Below, piece by piece: positions 44,601 through 53,612 of a DNA stretch of 59,422 nucleotides. The notes under the pieces are model-generated. The model saw only the letters and a program-made list of their open reading frames with translations, made no database searches and was not told where the DNA came from. Position 1 is the stretch's first letter, and each line of letters begins with the position of its first letter. The position numbers and the translations under genes are program-made. Origin of the DNA: a virus (Duplodnaviria > Caudoviricetes); the IMG/VR virus record IMGVR_UViG_3300031227_000043, positions 1 through 59,422 of that record; one strand, written 5' to 3'.

Positions 44601-47600
44601 GCCAGGATTGATAGTGCGGTATTCAGCAAGTTTGCGCGATACCCAGTCGGCTTCTGGCTTGGTACGGGTAGCGAACATGGTTTGACCTTTATACAATACA
44701 GAGTCACGCATCTGTGAGGTGACTGCAACTGAATGCACAGGCTCCATTTTAGCACGGAAGTCTGTAATTGATATGCCTGATTCTATATCGGCTGTGGGCA
44801 CCTTGACATCCTCCACTTTGCTGCCCCACTGCTTAACATACTTGGCAGCGAACCCCATTAGCTTCTCGTCATAGAATGCCTTCATGCCGAAGCCACCTAT
44901 AGATAGGTCGTCGCCTGTTATGGTGCCATTAGTAGAGGAGCTGGCTATGATTTGCTGTGCCATCTTCTTGCCTATGATATCGACTAATGAGACTTCGCGG
45001 CCACCTATAGTAGTGGTGCCGATGAGTGGTATCATATGGTCGAATTGGGCCGTGCCTGATTTGCTGGCTACTATATGGACCATAGCCTCTGCTGCAGCAT
45101 GAGGTACAGCCATCCGCTGAGCAGCAATTAGCTGATCAAGCTCCGTGCGTTGGCCTGGAGTTAAGTCTTCCATGGGTAGCCTACGCAACTGCTGGTAGCG
45201 CTCGTAGCTATCGCGACCGGTTATAGCTTTGGGTATTGTCGGCGTTTGTTTACGCTTAGTCCAGGCTATCTCATCCACTTGCTGACGTAGTGCATCACTA
45301 TACCGTGCGATCTGCTGTATGCCAGTGGTCCAGCCTATACGGTCATAGCCGCCTTCAGCTGCCATACGCAGCATACGTTTGAATACGTACTCATGCCAGT
45401 TGTTGAGTAGCGGCGCAGGTGCTGCTGCATCGTTTAATGCCTTCCACTTGTCTCTGGCTGCCCCCTCTATATCTATTAGCCTATCATACTCTATACGCTC
45501 TTCTGACGTGAACGATGGCGAGCGCTCAACTGTGGAGCCCTTATTGTCATAGACTGCAGCTCTATATGCATTCGTATTAGCTATGGCCTTATCTAACACT
45601 TTACGGGCAGCAGCAGTAGCAACATCGTCCCGCATACCCTTCTCCTTAGCTTCCTGCAGCCAATCACTCTGTATCTCCTCTATGAACAATACCCTATCGC
45701 CGTTGTCTGCTATACGAGTATTGAATCTGACATGCGCTATAGGATCTATGCTGCCATAGTGCTGGTATGTAGGGCGCCATGTACCTTTGGACTCCATGTC
45801 ACCAGGCCATGTGAATAGCAGCTCGCGGTAGTCGGTGCCGCCAGAGCCGCTGCCTAATTGATAGGTGGGGTACTTATATGAAGGCACTTGTCCAGGTGGT
45901 AATGCAGCGGGCTCAGGCAGTATACCAGCACCTACAGCAGCCACATCGGGTTGGCCCTGCCCAAAGTCAAATGCTAATTGGTTCTCAGGCGTAGGCAAGT
46001 AGCCTTCTTGGCGATCCTCTGCTGCCTGTTCCTGTAGCTCCCGCTGCTCCTGTAGGTCATTGTAGTAGTCGTGGGCTGCCTCCACAGCAGCATCATAGCT
46101 GTCATAGTCGCCCTCAATGTCGCCAGGGCCATTCATATATACACCTGAATCATACCCCCTGGCAAATATGTTAAAGCCATGGTTAGAATCGTGGTATACT
46201 TCCTCGGCGTCTTCCCAGGCCCTCTCACTGGCCATATTCAAAGCACTGTCCATGGCACGGTCACGTAGATCCTGCATGTCATCTTCCGGTATACTGTCGC
46301 GGTCAGTTATGGTATCGGCGTCTTCTTCATCTACCTCGTTGGCTAAGTAGTCATCTACTAATTCGGTGAGCTCATCTTCAAAGTAGAACTCCTCTGCCTG
46401 TTCCTGTGTATATTCTGGATCAGGTTCAATAGTGGTGCCATTATCGAATTGAGGCGGCTCAAATTGGTCACCGGTTACATCCTCTGGATAGGCGCCACGG
46501 TCAGCAGTAGGTGGCTGCTCTATGATCACCAACTCCTGCGACTTAATATACTGCCTGAATGCTTCCCTATCGAATGTGCCCTGCTTGTCGGTGTTGGCTG
46601 CTAGCCATTCGGTAACGCCATACCATTTGAGCTCATCAGGCTTGACTCTGCCACGGCGCTCCAGCCATGTAGGTAGTGATTGAGCTTTGGCTGGCATGTC
46701 AGGTGCGGCAATAGATGTTAGTAGTGCTGAGTGCTGCCATGGTGCTATGGTGGGCGCAGTGGCCAGAGAGATGTTGCCTGTGGTAGGCGAGAAGGTGCCA
46801 CGGTTGAAGATGGACTTGATCTGGTTGGGATTGAGCGTAACCCATACATCGTGTTCCGCTTCTGTATAGACGTTTTCATCTGCGAAAGCCTGGTCTTTAG
46901 GTATGTATACCCCATCACGCCCTAATCGCTTGGCTTTTTCAATAAGCCTTTTTGGGCCTAGCTGAGTGTTCTCCCTATGAGTTGACACCATCGGATTTTT
47001 AATGCTCAAATACACTTGACTAACATTATCGCCGTATTCAACTGCCTCTTGATCACTTTCTATAAACCATGCGCCTCCACTTCGTTGGCCCATTATATAG
47101 TTATTTTCAGTGTCAGATCCATGATATACCACCAATGGCTTACCATCAGCACCTACCACCTTGCTATTGCCAAACCACTTCTTAAACGCCTTAGTATCAG
47201 TCATTGCCTTAGCAGCAGTAGCTAACTTAGCCCATGCTGACTTGGCATATTGCCGCTCAGGCCCTGACACCAATGACCCTGACATAATATCAGCATCACT
47301 AATTGGCGCTGGCTTATTCTGCTCACTGACATAATTCAGCAGACGTTGTTTAGCAGCTACTGTCATGGGCTTGCTATAGTATCCGGTAAACATCTTAGCG
47401 AAGTAGTCCTCTGGCCTGCTGAAACCCTTACCGCGCAACGCCTTACCCATGCGCTGCAGAAATGCTCTGATCTTCAGAAACATCTTGCGTATCCAGTTTG
47501 GATGCTGCGTAAACTTATTAGGCTTCTCCATGAATGTGACAAAAGCATCCATGGCTGATTCCTCATTGCCATTGAAGTGTTTGAGTAGGCTAGCCTTTTG

Positions 47601-50600
47601 TTTGGCAGTCATGCCTAAGTCTAATATCACATGGCCTGCTTCTTCCCAGGTAGCGCGTCTAATCTCACTGGCAGTGGCCTCATATGACAGCTCTACTAGG
47701 TAGCGTATCTGGGCCTCTATATTGCGCAAGTAGGGTGTGGTAGCGCCTAATATGCGGTCTAGTTGGCCACCATGCTCAGTATACGACTTACTGAAGTCTT
47801 TGCCCGACAGTGATATGTATTGTTTGAATTCCAGGTCTACGTGAGCCAATAGAGCATCAGACATTCCTGCCTCACGCATCCAGGATTTGATATTGCCTAC
47901 CAGTGTCTTGTTGCGGCCATACTGCTTAGGCGTAATGCGAGGCGCTACTCCCTCATATGCTAATGCGGGATCTTGTGAGGCAAACTTGGACATTCCCTCA
48001 TAGAGAGCTTTGGCTTTCATCTTTTGGGTTATGGGGAGCATCCAGACTTCGGTGGGAGTCGCTGACCCTGCATATTTTATTACATAGTCTACATTGCCAG
48101 ACTGTTCGGATAAGTACTGATCTGCCTCCACTTTCGTTGCAAAGTTTTCAACTATTTCATCAAGTTCTATATCATAAACACCATACGGAAAATCCTCTGG
48201 TTGCTCATAGTTTTGCGCTCCAATTTCAGTCGTTCCAACCTTCGCCTTGCCCCATGCAGGCTTATTGAAGAATTTATTTATAGCGGCAGGTAGGATCTTA
48301 TCATAAAACCCTTTCATACCTTCGCCACCTACTTTGAGGTCGAGGCCCTGTAACTTTCCACTGTCTTTGCCTGAATTAACTATCTTTTCAGCTACATCCT
48401 TGCCAATTAGTTCTTCAATACCATTTGAGTCAAGGCCTCTTCTCTCTATCTGGTCGCCTGTATGAGGATAGGCAAATATGGTATATTTTCCATCGGACTC
48501 TTTTTGGTATGTGACTTGGGATACTTGCTTACTCAGATCGTATCTATCAGCCTGCACCTCTCCGGGAGTCCATGCGATCTGATCAAACCCATTCTCTGCT
48601 GCATACCTCACCACTCTCTTGATTGTCAGTAGGGGCCATGTCTTTTTGAAGGGAGCATTGGGCACTGCTTGGACATTTAGGGGGGTAGATGTGGCAACTC
48701 CAGCCTCATTTCTCCCTATGACTCTATCTAACGTAAAGTTGTCTTGGTGCAGCCACATAGTTCCCAGGTTAAACTCTAATTTACCATCTTGGGACTCTCT
48801 GACCCCTTTAACTGATCCCCACCCTCGGATATCATCCCCAACAACAAGGTCACTATGGTTTTCTGGGATATTAGGCAGGTCGGGTCTATCCCCACGGTAC
48901 CCCTTCTTGCGCCCCGCCTGGTGCCAATCGCTCTGTATCTCCTCTATAAAAAGAATCCGCTCACCGTTCGGGCCTGTTCTGGTGTTGAATCGAATGTGGG
49001 CTAAGACGTTGGGCTCGTCCCAATGGGCGGAGGTGTAGGCCGTTTTTTCATAAGTCCTTAATCCTTGTGCCACATATTGCTTTTCCCAACTAAGGGGCTG
49101 CCCTGGCTTTACTGTATCGGGTCCAGAAAGGATGTAGTTTCCGCCAGGGTCTTTGATTGCGACTTGGCCTTCAACCGTTGGATGTGGGACTACTGTGTAG
49201 CCGCTCTTTCCCGGCAGAGTCAGCAATAACTCCTTGTAGTTCTCGCCTCCGGGAAGTTGGTAGCTGGCAAATTTGGTATGGATTGCGTCTTGGCCTTGAT
49301 CGAAATACACATCCGTGCCACTCAAAGACCGAATGGCATCCTCAAGCGACCCGTAGGAACGAATGTGGTACCCAAGATCCTCTTGACAATCAATCCCACC
49401 TTCTTCATTTGGGACCAGTTTCGCCCCACTGTCAAACTCGTACTCACCATTTTTCTCAATCTCATCGGTTACTTCTGCCACATATGAGTTGAAATCGGGG
49501 CCTTCCCCACCCTTCTCCACCTCCTCAATCTCAACATTATTTGCCCGGACAAAATCAAGGATCTCCTGTTTGGTGACTTTGCCCCTCTGCTCTTTCAGCC
49601 ACCCCTCAAGGCCCACCCACTCTACTTCCTCCTGCTTTACATGTAGATTATTGATCATTCCCATCCATTGATTAGCAGGAGCCTTTTCTTGCTTCAGGCT
49701 TTTTATGCCTCTTTCTAACATGGACATGAATGGTTTGGCAGTGGGCGTGGTTCTGACCTTGACAGCTGCTGCAGCCTTGGTAGGCCCACTGATAGCAACT
49801 GCTGACTGAGCCTTATCATATATCTTAATGAGTTGGGCCTTATCCTTACGGTAGACTCTTGACGGTATAACAGGCTGCGGATGATAGCCGTATTCTAACC
49901 AGGAATCACCACTTGTAAAAATGTCCCTGGCCGTTACTGTTTTACTTACTATCTTATATTCACCCTTTAATGTTCCTTCCCCGTGCTCTTTTGCATAAGG
50001 TCTTACAGTTGTGACCCAGTCCCCTGGTAGTATTTTTTGTGGATCACCTTTTTCAACTGCTCTATATATCCTGACAGCTTTATTAGGCAGACCCTCAGAG
50101 TCGCTAATAATGCTGTAGGCTTTTCTATCTAAAGCATCTTCGCCAGTGCCATAGTATCTTAACCCCTCAAGAGAATAAACATCTTCTGGATATGTACCAT
50201 TTTCCATAAGGTCGTATAAAGGTGAGCCTGATTCTGGGTCAGAAGGAGAATGAACGCTATCACCTCTATCAAAGCTGCTGTCAACTTGTTTATATCCGAC
50301 TTCCTTTTTCCATTGTTTGATTGCACTACGCTTCTCCTCACGAGTCTTTATGGGGACACTGTCTACAAATTCCTGTGTTGTATTATACTTCTTGGCCTTG
50401 GCAGTGAGGCCCAGATCAGAGGTTTCTACGAGGAGATAAGATCCTGGAGAGGTTTTGGCAGTTGGCGTAGTTCTGATCTTATCTCCTGTAGCCAACTTAG
50501 TAGGGCCAGCAAAGAATCTAAACTCAGGGTGTTCCTCTAAAGCCTTATCGTAAAAATCATGAACACTTTTTAATCCAAAGTCAGACCATATTTTGTTGAC

Positions 50601-53576
50601 GCCCACCCCTGTTTTATCCATTGCTTTTCGGTGGGCACTGTAAAGTGGATTGTTTTGGTTAAATCTTGCATCAACAAATTCATCTTTTGAAAGGTTATGT
50701 CTCTTGATAAAGCCAACAAGTGGAGTTAGCTGTTTTGGTAGCCTACCCTGCTCCAAGGCTTGTTTTGATTCAATCTCGGTGGCAAGAATACCATCAAGAG
50801 TCTTTGATAGCTTATTAAAATCACCCTCACCAGAAGCAACAGTTCTACCATCAGATCGTGTTAAATCAAAAACAATAGTCTTTCCTGTGGATAACTCCTC
50901 AACCAAAGCAAGTTGCTTTTTTGTAGGTCTGCCTTGGCTTATCGGGATGTCAACATTGAGCTCATTCGTAGCGTTGATAACTCGGATGTTCCCGGTTTTA
51001 TCCATGAAGTTTCTCATGGCTTCAGTTCCACTACCTGCAAAATCGCCACTCAAAGCATGGGATGCTATTTCTCTGTGGTCAATGTTTCGCCCCTGGCTCG
51101 CAGATCCTAAGCTAATGCCACTACTATCAATTCCAATTCCTCCTCTTGTAATGTAGCCTATGCTTTCGGGTGCAGTTGTTTTGCCGTATTTTCTGATAGC
51201 CTTGGCATTCAGGGCTTTGGTGGTAGTCGGGGTCTTCTTGCCTGTAGTAGCTAACTTAGTGGGTCCAGTAATGCCCTTTACTGCTTTGGGTGCCTCAACC
51301 GGTGTAAGGCTCTCATGGGCACGCTCAGCAATTAATGTACCACTCTCGCCACCAGACTTATATAAGTAAAGAGGCCTGTCATTGCGCTTGTCCCATGAGC
51401 GAGCTACTATGGTGTATATCCGATTGGTCTGTTTGGAGTGGACTTTGCTGCCGACATCAAATTTCCAGTTGGTATACTCAGCAGCTTTGGCCTGCATACT
51501 GGCAACACCTGCAGCTACTTCATCGTGCATCTTCTTAGAAAACTTGCCCAGGCGCTTATCCTCCATGGAGATGGCTAACTTAGTGGGACCAGTAATTGCT
51601 GCGGGTGCCGACACGTCTGCCTTGGGATCAATGACAAATACAGAATTAGGCTCATTGCCACCCTCATCTATCCAGATTGCATTATAGCCTTGAGCCTCGG
51701 CAGCTGCTATGGCACCATCAATCTCTTCAGGCTTTGTTGCCTTGGGCAGTATATCTGACCTGTATATGGCACCAGTTGGGACATCTACCTCCTTTATCTC
51801 CTTATCCTGGCCAGACTGTGTAAACTGCCTAGCCCACTCCTTATCAGGAGAGTAGTAGTTGTCGCCTTCATTGTATTGGCTGACTCCTCTATAGAGTGTG
51901 GTCGTGGTAGCAGCAACAGTGGGAGATGCAGCACCCTGAGAGCCAGGAGGTCTATCAGGTTTAACCCTCGGTTTTGGCTTACCCTCGACCGGGAGAGGTT
52001 CGCCAGTGGGTGCTGCACCTTCCACTGCTGCTGCTGCATCGGCTACTGCTGCTGTAGGCATATCTAACTCAGGCACTAGCTCCTGTGTACTAGTAGCCGA
52101 TTGGTTAACCTCATATCCTGCAGCCTCTAATGTCTCACGCAGAAACTGACTGCGAAACGCTATCTGGAGTGAGCTATCTATGTCGTCTGCTGCATAGGCT
52201 CTAACACCTGCAGTTAATGAGTCAGACAGTTGAGACCTGACTTCTATAAGCTGATCAGGCGTGGCTGCTTTGCCATAGGCCATGGCGTCTTCTGTGGATT
52301 CAAAGTCAAGGCGGCCATCGAGGCCAACTGTGGCTAATTGCGTAGGGCCTTGGATAGTACCACCATCACCTATACCTTCTTGCTGCATCACACCCTGTAC
52401 CTTGACCATGCGCTTAGCTATGATCTTGTCCAGCTGCGGCAATATCCCAGTGGTATCTGTACTCAGCTTGGTCCTCAGCTCTTGTACCTGGCCCAGCGTA
52501 ACCTTGCCACTATCCAGATCATCCCTGATACCATTCAGATACTTAGTCCGGGTGCCACCCTGCACAGCCACACCGGCAGTATGGAACATCACGCCCATGC
52601 CTGCGCCCAGACTAGCAGCTTTCCAATACTTAGCCTTGAGGTCAGCATAGTCAATGGCAGCATGCCACTCGGCAAATGTCTGCTCACTGGGTTTGGCCGC
52701 CCATGATGCTGTCAACTCCGCAATTACTTCCTGCAGCCCTTCTGTGGCACCCTCACTAAGCCCAGCAGCCATACCACCTAAGAAGAAGCCAGTGAGCTTA
52801 CTAGCTATCTTCTTGGCTATTGGTCCCCGCATCATCTCTATACCGACCATATCAAAGAAGCTATTGACTGCGCCGCCTGCCATGGCTGCTAATTGTGCAT
52901 GCTCAGGATCTGCACCCTTCTGAATAGCCAAGTCATATATCTCATCCTTGTTCATTTTATAGAAGTAGGAGGTGGCCAGTGCTAATCCCACCTGCGGCAC
53001 ATATCGTAAGGCAAAACCAGAAGCAGTGGGACCAATACTGGACAATAGCTGTGTAAAGTAGCTTTCGGTGTTGGCCTGTACACCACGCGAGAACTCCTGC
53101 ACTGCGGGGTCATCGTCGTAGGCTTTGCTGGCCCAGTTCTTAATGGCTATTTCGGCATTGCGGAATGGATTGCCATAGTCAGTGTATTTGTCCATGGCAG
53201 CACCGGCTGCACCAATTACAGAGGCGTCAAAGCCACGCTCAGCTGGGAGGCCTACCATGCCACCTGCTCCATGTAGAGTCTGCTGTATGGCAGTTTTGGC
53301 GGCACCCTGCCAGTTGTATGTAGTGGGCTGATCAGGTTCAGGTGTAGGTGATGCTGTAGGTGTCTGCTGCATGATCCCTGTATCCTGTTCAGCTCTCTCC
53401 AGGTCTGCTAACAAGTCGCCAGTCGGGCTCCCTGTACCGGGCACTGCGCCTGCTCCATCTGCTGCGTCACCTATATCAGACGTGCCAGCGCCAGGTCCAG
53501 GTCCGGGATGTCCCGGCTGACCAGGCTCTATGCCTAATGCTTGCTCTGACTCCAGTATCTGCTCAAGTAATCCCAT
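41646..53576 (-). CDS. Giant polyvalent ejection-type protein (3976 aa): several ART-like modules, duplicated EEIQSDW domain, C-terminal LPD38-like region
   Basis: ART-PolyVal-like FKKWFG-x-SKVV...PLVVYHG...VYLSIKNP...PNQIKS; two HxRFNTR...FIEEIQSDW domains; C-terminal NP-x-F-x3-N-x2-RD, TVNF-x-RKG, KIPLPWG, NKNFAG-x-P. Confidence 0.85.
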   Translation of the reverse strand: MGLLEQILESEQALGIEPGQPGHPGPGPGAGTSDIGDAADGAGAVPGTGSPTGDLLADLERAEQDTGIMQQTPTASPTPEPDQPTTYNWQGAAKTAIQQTLHGAGGMVGLPAERGFDASVIGAAGAAMDKYTDYGNPFRNAEIAIKNWASKAYDDDPAVQEFSRGVQANTESYFTQLLSSIGPTASGFALRYVPQVGLALATSYFYKMNKDEIYDLAIQKGADPEHAQLAAMAGGAVNSFFDMVGIEMMRGPIAKKIASKLTGFFLGGMAAGLSEGATEGLQEVIAELTASWAAKPSEQTFAEWHAAIDYADLKAKYWKAASLGAGMGVMFHTAGVAVQGGTRTKYLNGIRDDLDSGKVTLGQVQELRTKLSTDTTGILPQLDKIIAKRMVKVQGVMQQEGIGDGGTIQGPTQLATVGLDGRLDFESTEDAMAYGKAATPDQLIEVRSQLSDSLTAGVRAYAADDIDSSLQIAFRSQFLRETLEAAGYEVNQSATSTQELVPELDMPTAAVADAAAAVEGAAPTGEPLPVEGKPKPRVKPDRPPGSQGAASPTVAATTTTLYRGVSQYNEGDNYYSPDKEWARQFTQSGQDKEIKEVDVPTGAIYRSDILPKATKPEEIDGAIAAAEAQGYNAIWIDEGGNEPNSVFVIDPKADVSAPAAITGPTKLAISMEDKRLGKFSKKMHDEVAAGVASMQAKAAEYTNWKFDVGSKVHSKQTNRIYTIVARSWDKRNDRPLYLYKSGGESGTLIAERAHESLTPVEAPKAVKGITGPTKLATTGKKTPTTTKALNAKAIRKYGKTTAPESIGYITRGGIGIDSSGISLGSASQGRNIDHREIASHALSGDFAGSGTEAMRNFMDKTGNIRVINATNELNVDIPISQGRPTKKQLALVEELSTGKTIVFDLTRSDGRTVASGEGDFNKLSKTLDGILATEIESKQALEQGRLPKQLTPLVGFIKRHNLSKDEFVDARFNQNNPLYSAHRKAMDKTGVGVNKIWSDFGLKSVHDFYDKALEEHPEFRFFAGPTKLATGDKIRTTPTAKTSPGSYLLVETSDLGLTAKAKKYNTTQEFVDSVPIKTREEKRSAIKQWKKEVGYKQVDSSFDRGDSVHSPSDPESGSPLYDLMENGTYPEDVYSLEGLRYYGTGEDALDRKAYSIISDSEGLPNKAVRIYRAVEKGDPQKILPGDWVTTVRPYAKEHGEGTLKGEYKIVSKTVTARDIFTSGDSWLEYGYHPQPVIPSRVYRKDKAQLIKIYDKAQSAVAISGPTKAAAAVKVRTTPTAKPFMSMLERGIKSLKQEKAPANQWMGMINNLHVKQEEVEWVGLEGWLKEQRGKVTKQEILDFVRANNVEIEEVEKGGEGPDFNSYVAEVTDEIEKNGEYEFDSGAKLVPNEEGGIDCQEDLGYHIRSYGSLEDAIRSLSGTDVYFDQGQDAIHTKFASYQLPGGENYKELLLTLPGKSGYTVVPHPTVEGQVAIKDPGGNYILSGPDTVKPGQPLSWEKQYVAQGLRTYEKTAYTSAHWDEPNVLAHIRFNTRTGPNGERILFIEEIQSDWHQAGRKKGYRGDRPDLPNIPENHSDLVVGDDIRGWGSVKGVRESQDGKLEFNLGTMWLHQDNFTLDRVIGRNEAGVATSTPLNVQAVPNAPFKKTWPLLTIKRVVRYAAENGFDQIAWTPGEVQADRYDLSKQVSQVTYQKESDGKYTIFAYPHTGDQIERRGLDSNGIEELIGKDVAEKIVNSGKDSGKLQGLDLKVGGEGMKGFYDKILPAAINKFFNKPAWGKAKVGTTEIGAQNYEQPEDFPYGVYDIELDEIVENFATKVEADQYLSEQSGNVDYVIKYAGSATPTEVWMLPITQKMKAKALYEGMSKFASQDPALAYEGVAPRITPKQYGRNKTLVGNIKSWMREAGMSDALLAHVDLEFKQYISLSGKDFSKSYTEHGGQLDRILGATTPYLRNIEAQIRYLVELSYEATASEIRRATWEEAGHVILDLGMTAKQKASLLKHFNGNEESAMDAFVTFMEKPNKFTQHPNWIRKMFLKIRAFLQRMGKALRGKGFSRPEDYFAKMFTGYYSKPMTVAAKQRLLNYVSEQNKPAPISDADIMSGSLVSGPERQYAKSAWAKLATAAKAMTDTKAFKKWFGNSKVVGADGKPLVVYHGSDTENNYIMGQRSGGAWFIESDQEAVEYGDNVSQVYLSIKNPMVSTHRENTQLGPKRLIEKAKRLGRDGVYIPKDQAFADENVYTEAEHDVWVTLNPNQIKSIFNRGTFSPTTGNISLATAPTIAPWQHSALLTSIAAPDMPAKAQSLPTWLERRGRVKPDELKWYGVTEWLAANTDKQGTFDREAFRQYIKSQELVIIEQPPTADRGAYPEDVTGDQFEPPQFDNGTTIEPDPEYTQEQAEEFYFEDELTELVDDYLANEVDEEDADTITDRDSIPEDDMQDLRDRAMDSALNMASERAWEDAEEVYHDSNHGFNIFARGYDSGVYMNGPGDIEGDYDSYDAAVEAAHDYYNDLQEQRELQEQAAEDRQEGYLPTPENQLAFDFGQGQPDVAAVGAGILPEPAALPPGQVPSYKYPTYQLGSGSGGTDYRELLFTWPGDMESKGTWRPTYQHYGSIDPIAHVRFNTRIADNGDRVLFIEEIQSDWLQEAKEKGMRDDVATAAARKVLDKAIANTNAYRAAVYDNKGSTVERSPSFTSEERIEYDRLIDIEGAARDKWKALNDAAAPAPLLNNWHEYVFKRMLRMAAEGGYDRIGWTTGIQQIARYSDALRQQVDEIAWTKRKQTPTIPKAITGRDSYERYQQLRRLPMEDLTPGQRTELDQLIAAQRMAVPHAAAEAMVHIVASKSGTAQFDHMIPLIGTTTIGGREVSLVDIIGKKMAQQIIASSSTNGTITGDDLSIGGFGMKAFYDEKLMGFAAKYVKQWGSKVEDVKVPTADIESGISITDFRAKMEPVHSVAVTSQMRDSVLYKGQTMFATRTKPEADWVSRKLAEYRTINPGAPLPTDEDSARNAARAYAQVHNPASPEGFNMPTDGPGRYVFDLMQFKLQDRLNSLKRIQQGVELETATPLDDAHNAYQAEEVYTSKASARITLFTHDHVEPLEQLISKSGHSLEDCELYNYALHAPEANAQLRKINPGTEHNEALSGMTNEESGYILDHFKGDQYMPDIANRIHAITESTLTILESEGLMDATAVQAMRSAYAHYIPLKREGKGKSLPVIGQGFSLSSKGVKRRLTGAAGSRATNIFSNIIAQHEATLIRAEKAVVGRALYNFAKSVNAPSLWTVDAEELKPMLKQRKGDGRQLSLFTGLPKALSEVVFGRDIFYKFTDNVLVVPINGEEHTITFNDANYHAARIVHTMKNLGGRSTGAFVNIMSTVNRYLAMINTSFNPEFIISNFFRDFQMAGYTLGATKLKHTKAAVLGSVLNGHAMGGIRRMLKGNVKADDAWGQAAADYERLGGVTGWIDHHKNIEKREAKLKAHLRTLKPGVKGGARRIIRGALDLITDYNTIVENGVRLSAYYHAVNDLGMSKTKAISLAKNLTVNFTRKGDLGVYANAMYLFYNASMQGNVNVIRSIATSSTTRNMVYGTIALAAALDALNRSLGGQDDDGEDRYDKIPDYVKDHNLVLMRPWGDGDYFKIPLPWGFNVFHTLGQLIGEAIDPRGKPLDMGHMLGRMASSTISSFNPIGGDVSLGQFLSPTISDPVIQWNENKNFAGNPLRPDQPPFDVAKPNYQLYWSSCREPSKWVTKKLFELTGGDPAGIDPRGDFVVDISPELVDMLVDTATGGLGKFMSNTISVPAKAITSQPIQAKEIPFARRLYSGKSEFYTRSAYHDNLADIKYAIKQRDYWTTANDSDMIKQINKSKQAQLALVPYAQYIQKQLKFERSTVKQIEGSKRLSTSERNVQIEKVKIRMDKYMTDFNKRYMTKVKGIKDKSGAGSAKATVKPAANTAPTQTSQLSFPTRTLRDLKRLVQQQGSSSNDNNQ
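49734..52349 (-). repeat. Interspersed GPT(K/Q)LA(T) linker repeats inside the giant gene
   Basis: Copies at 52329-52349, 51574-51596, 51250-51272, 50490-50510 and 49773-49796 (51574 and 51250 copies 22/23 identical); KxRTTPTAK 27-nt repeat at ~50454-50480 and 49734-49760. Confidence 0.9.
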
Positions 53577-53581
53577 TATGA

Positions 53582-53605
53582 CTCCTGTGCTCCTGTGCTC
53601 CTGTG
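53582..53605 (-). repeat. Triplicated 8-mer CACAGGAG containing the RBS of the giant gene
   Basis: CTCCTGTG x3 on the + strand. Confidence 0.8.
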
Positions 53606-53612
53606 CTACTAT

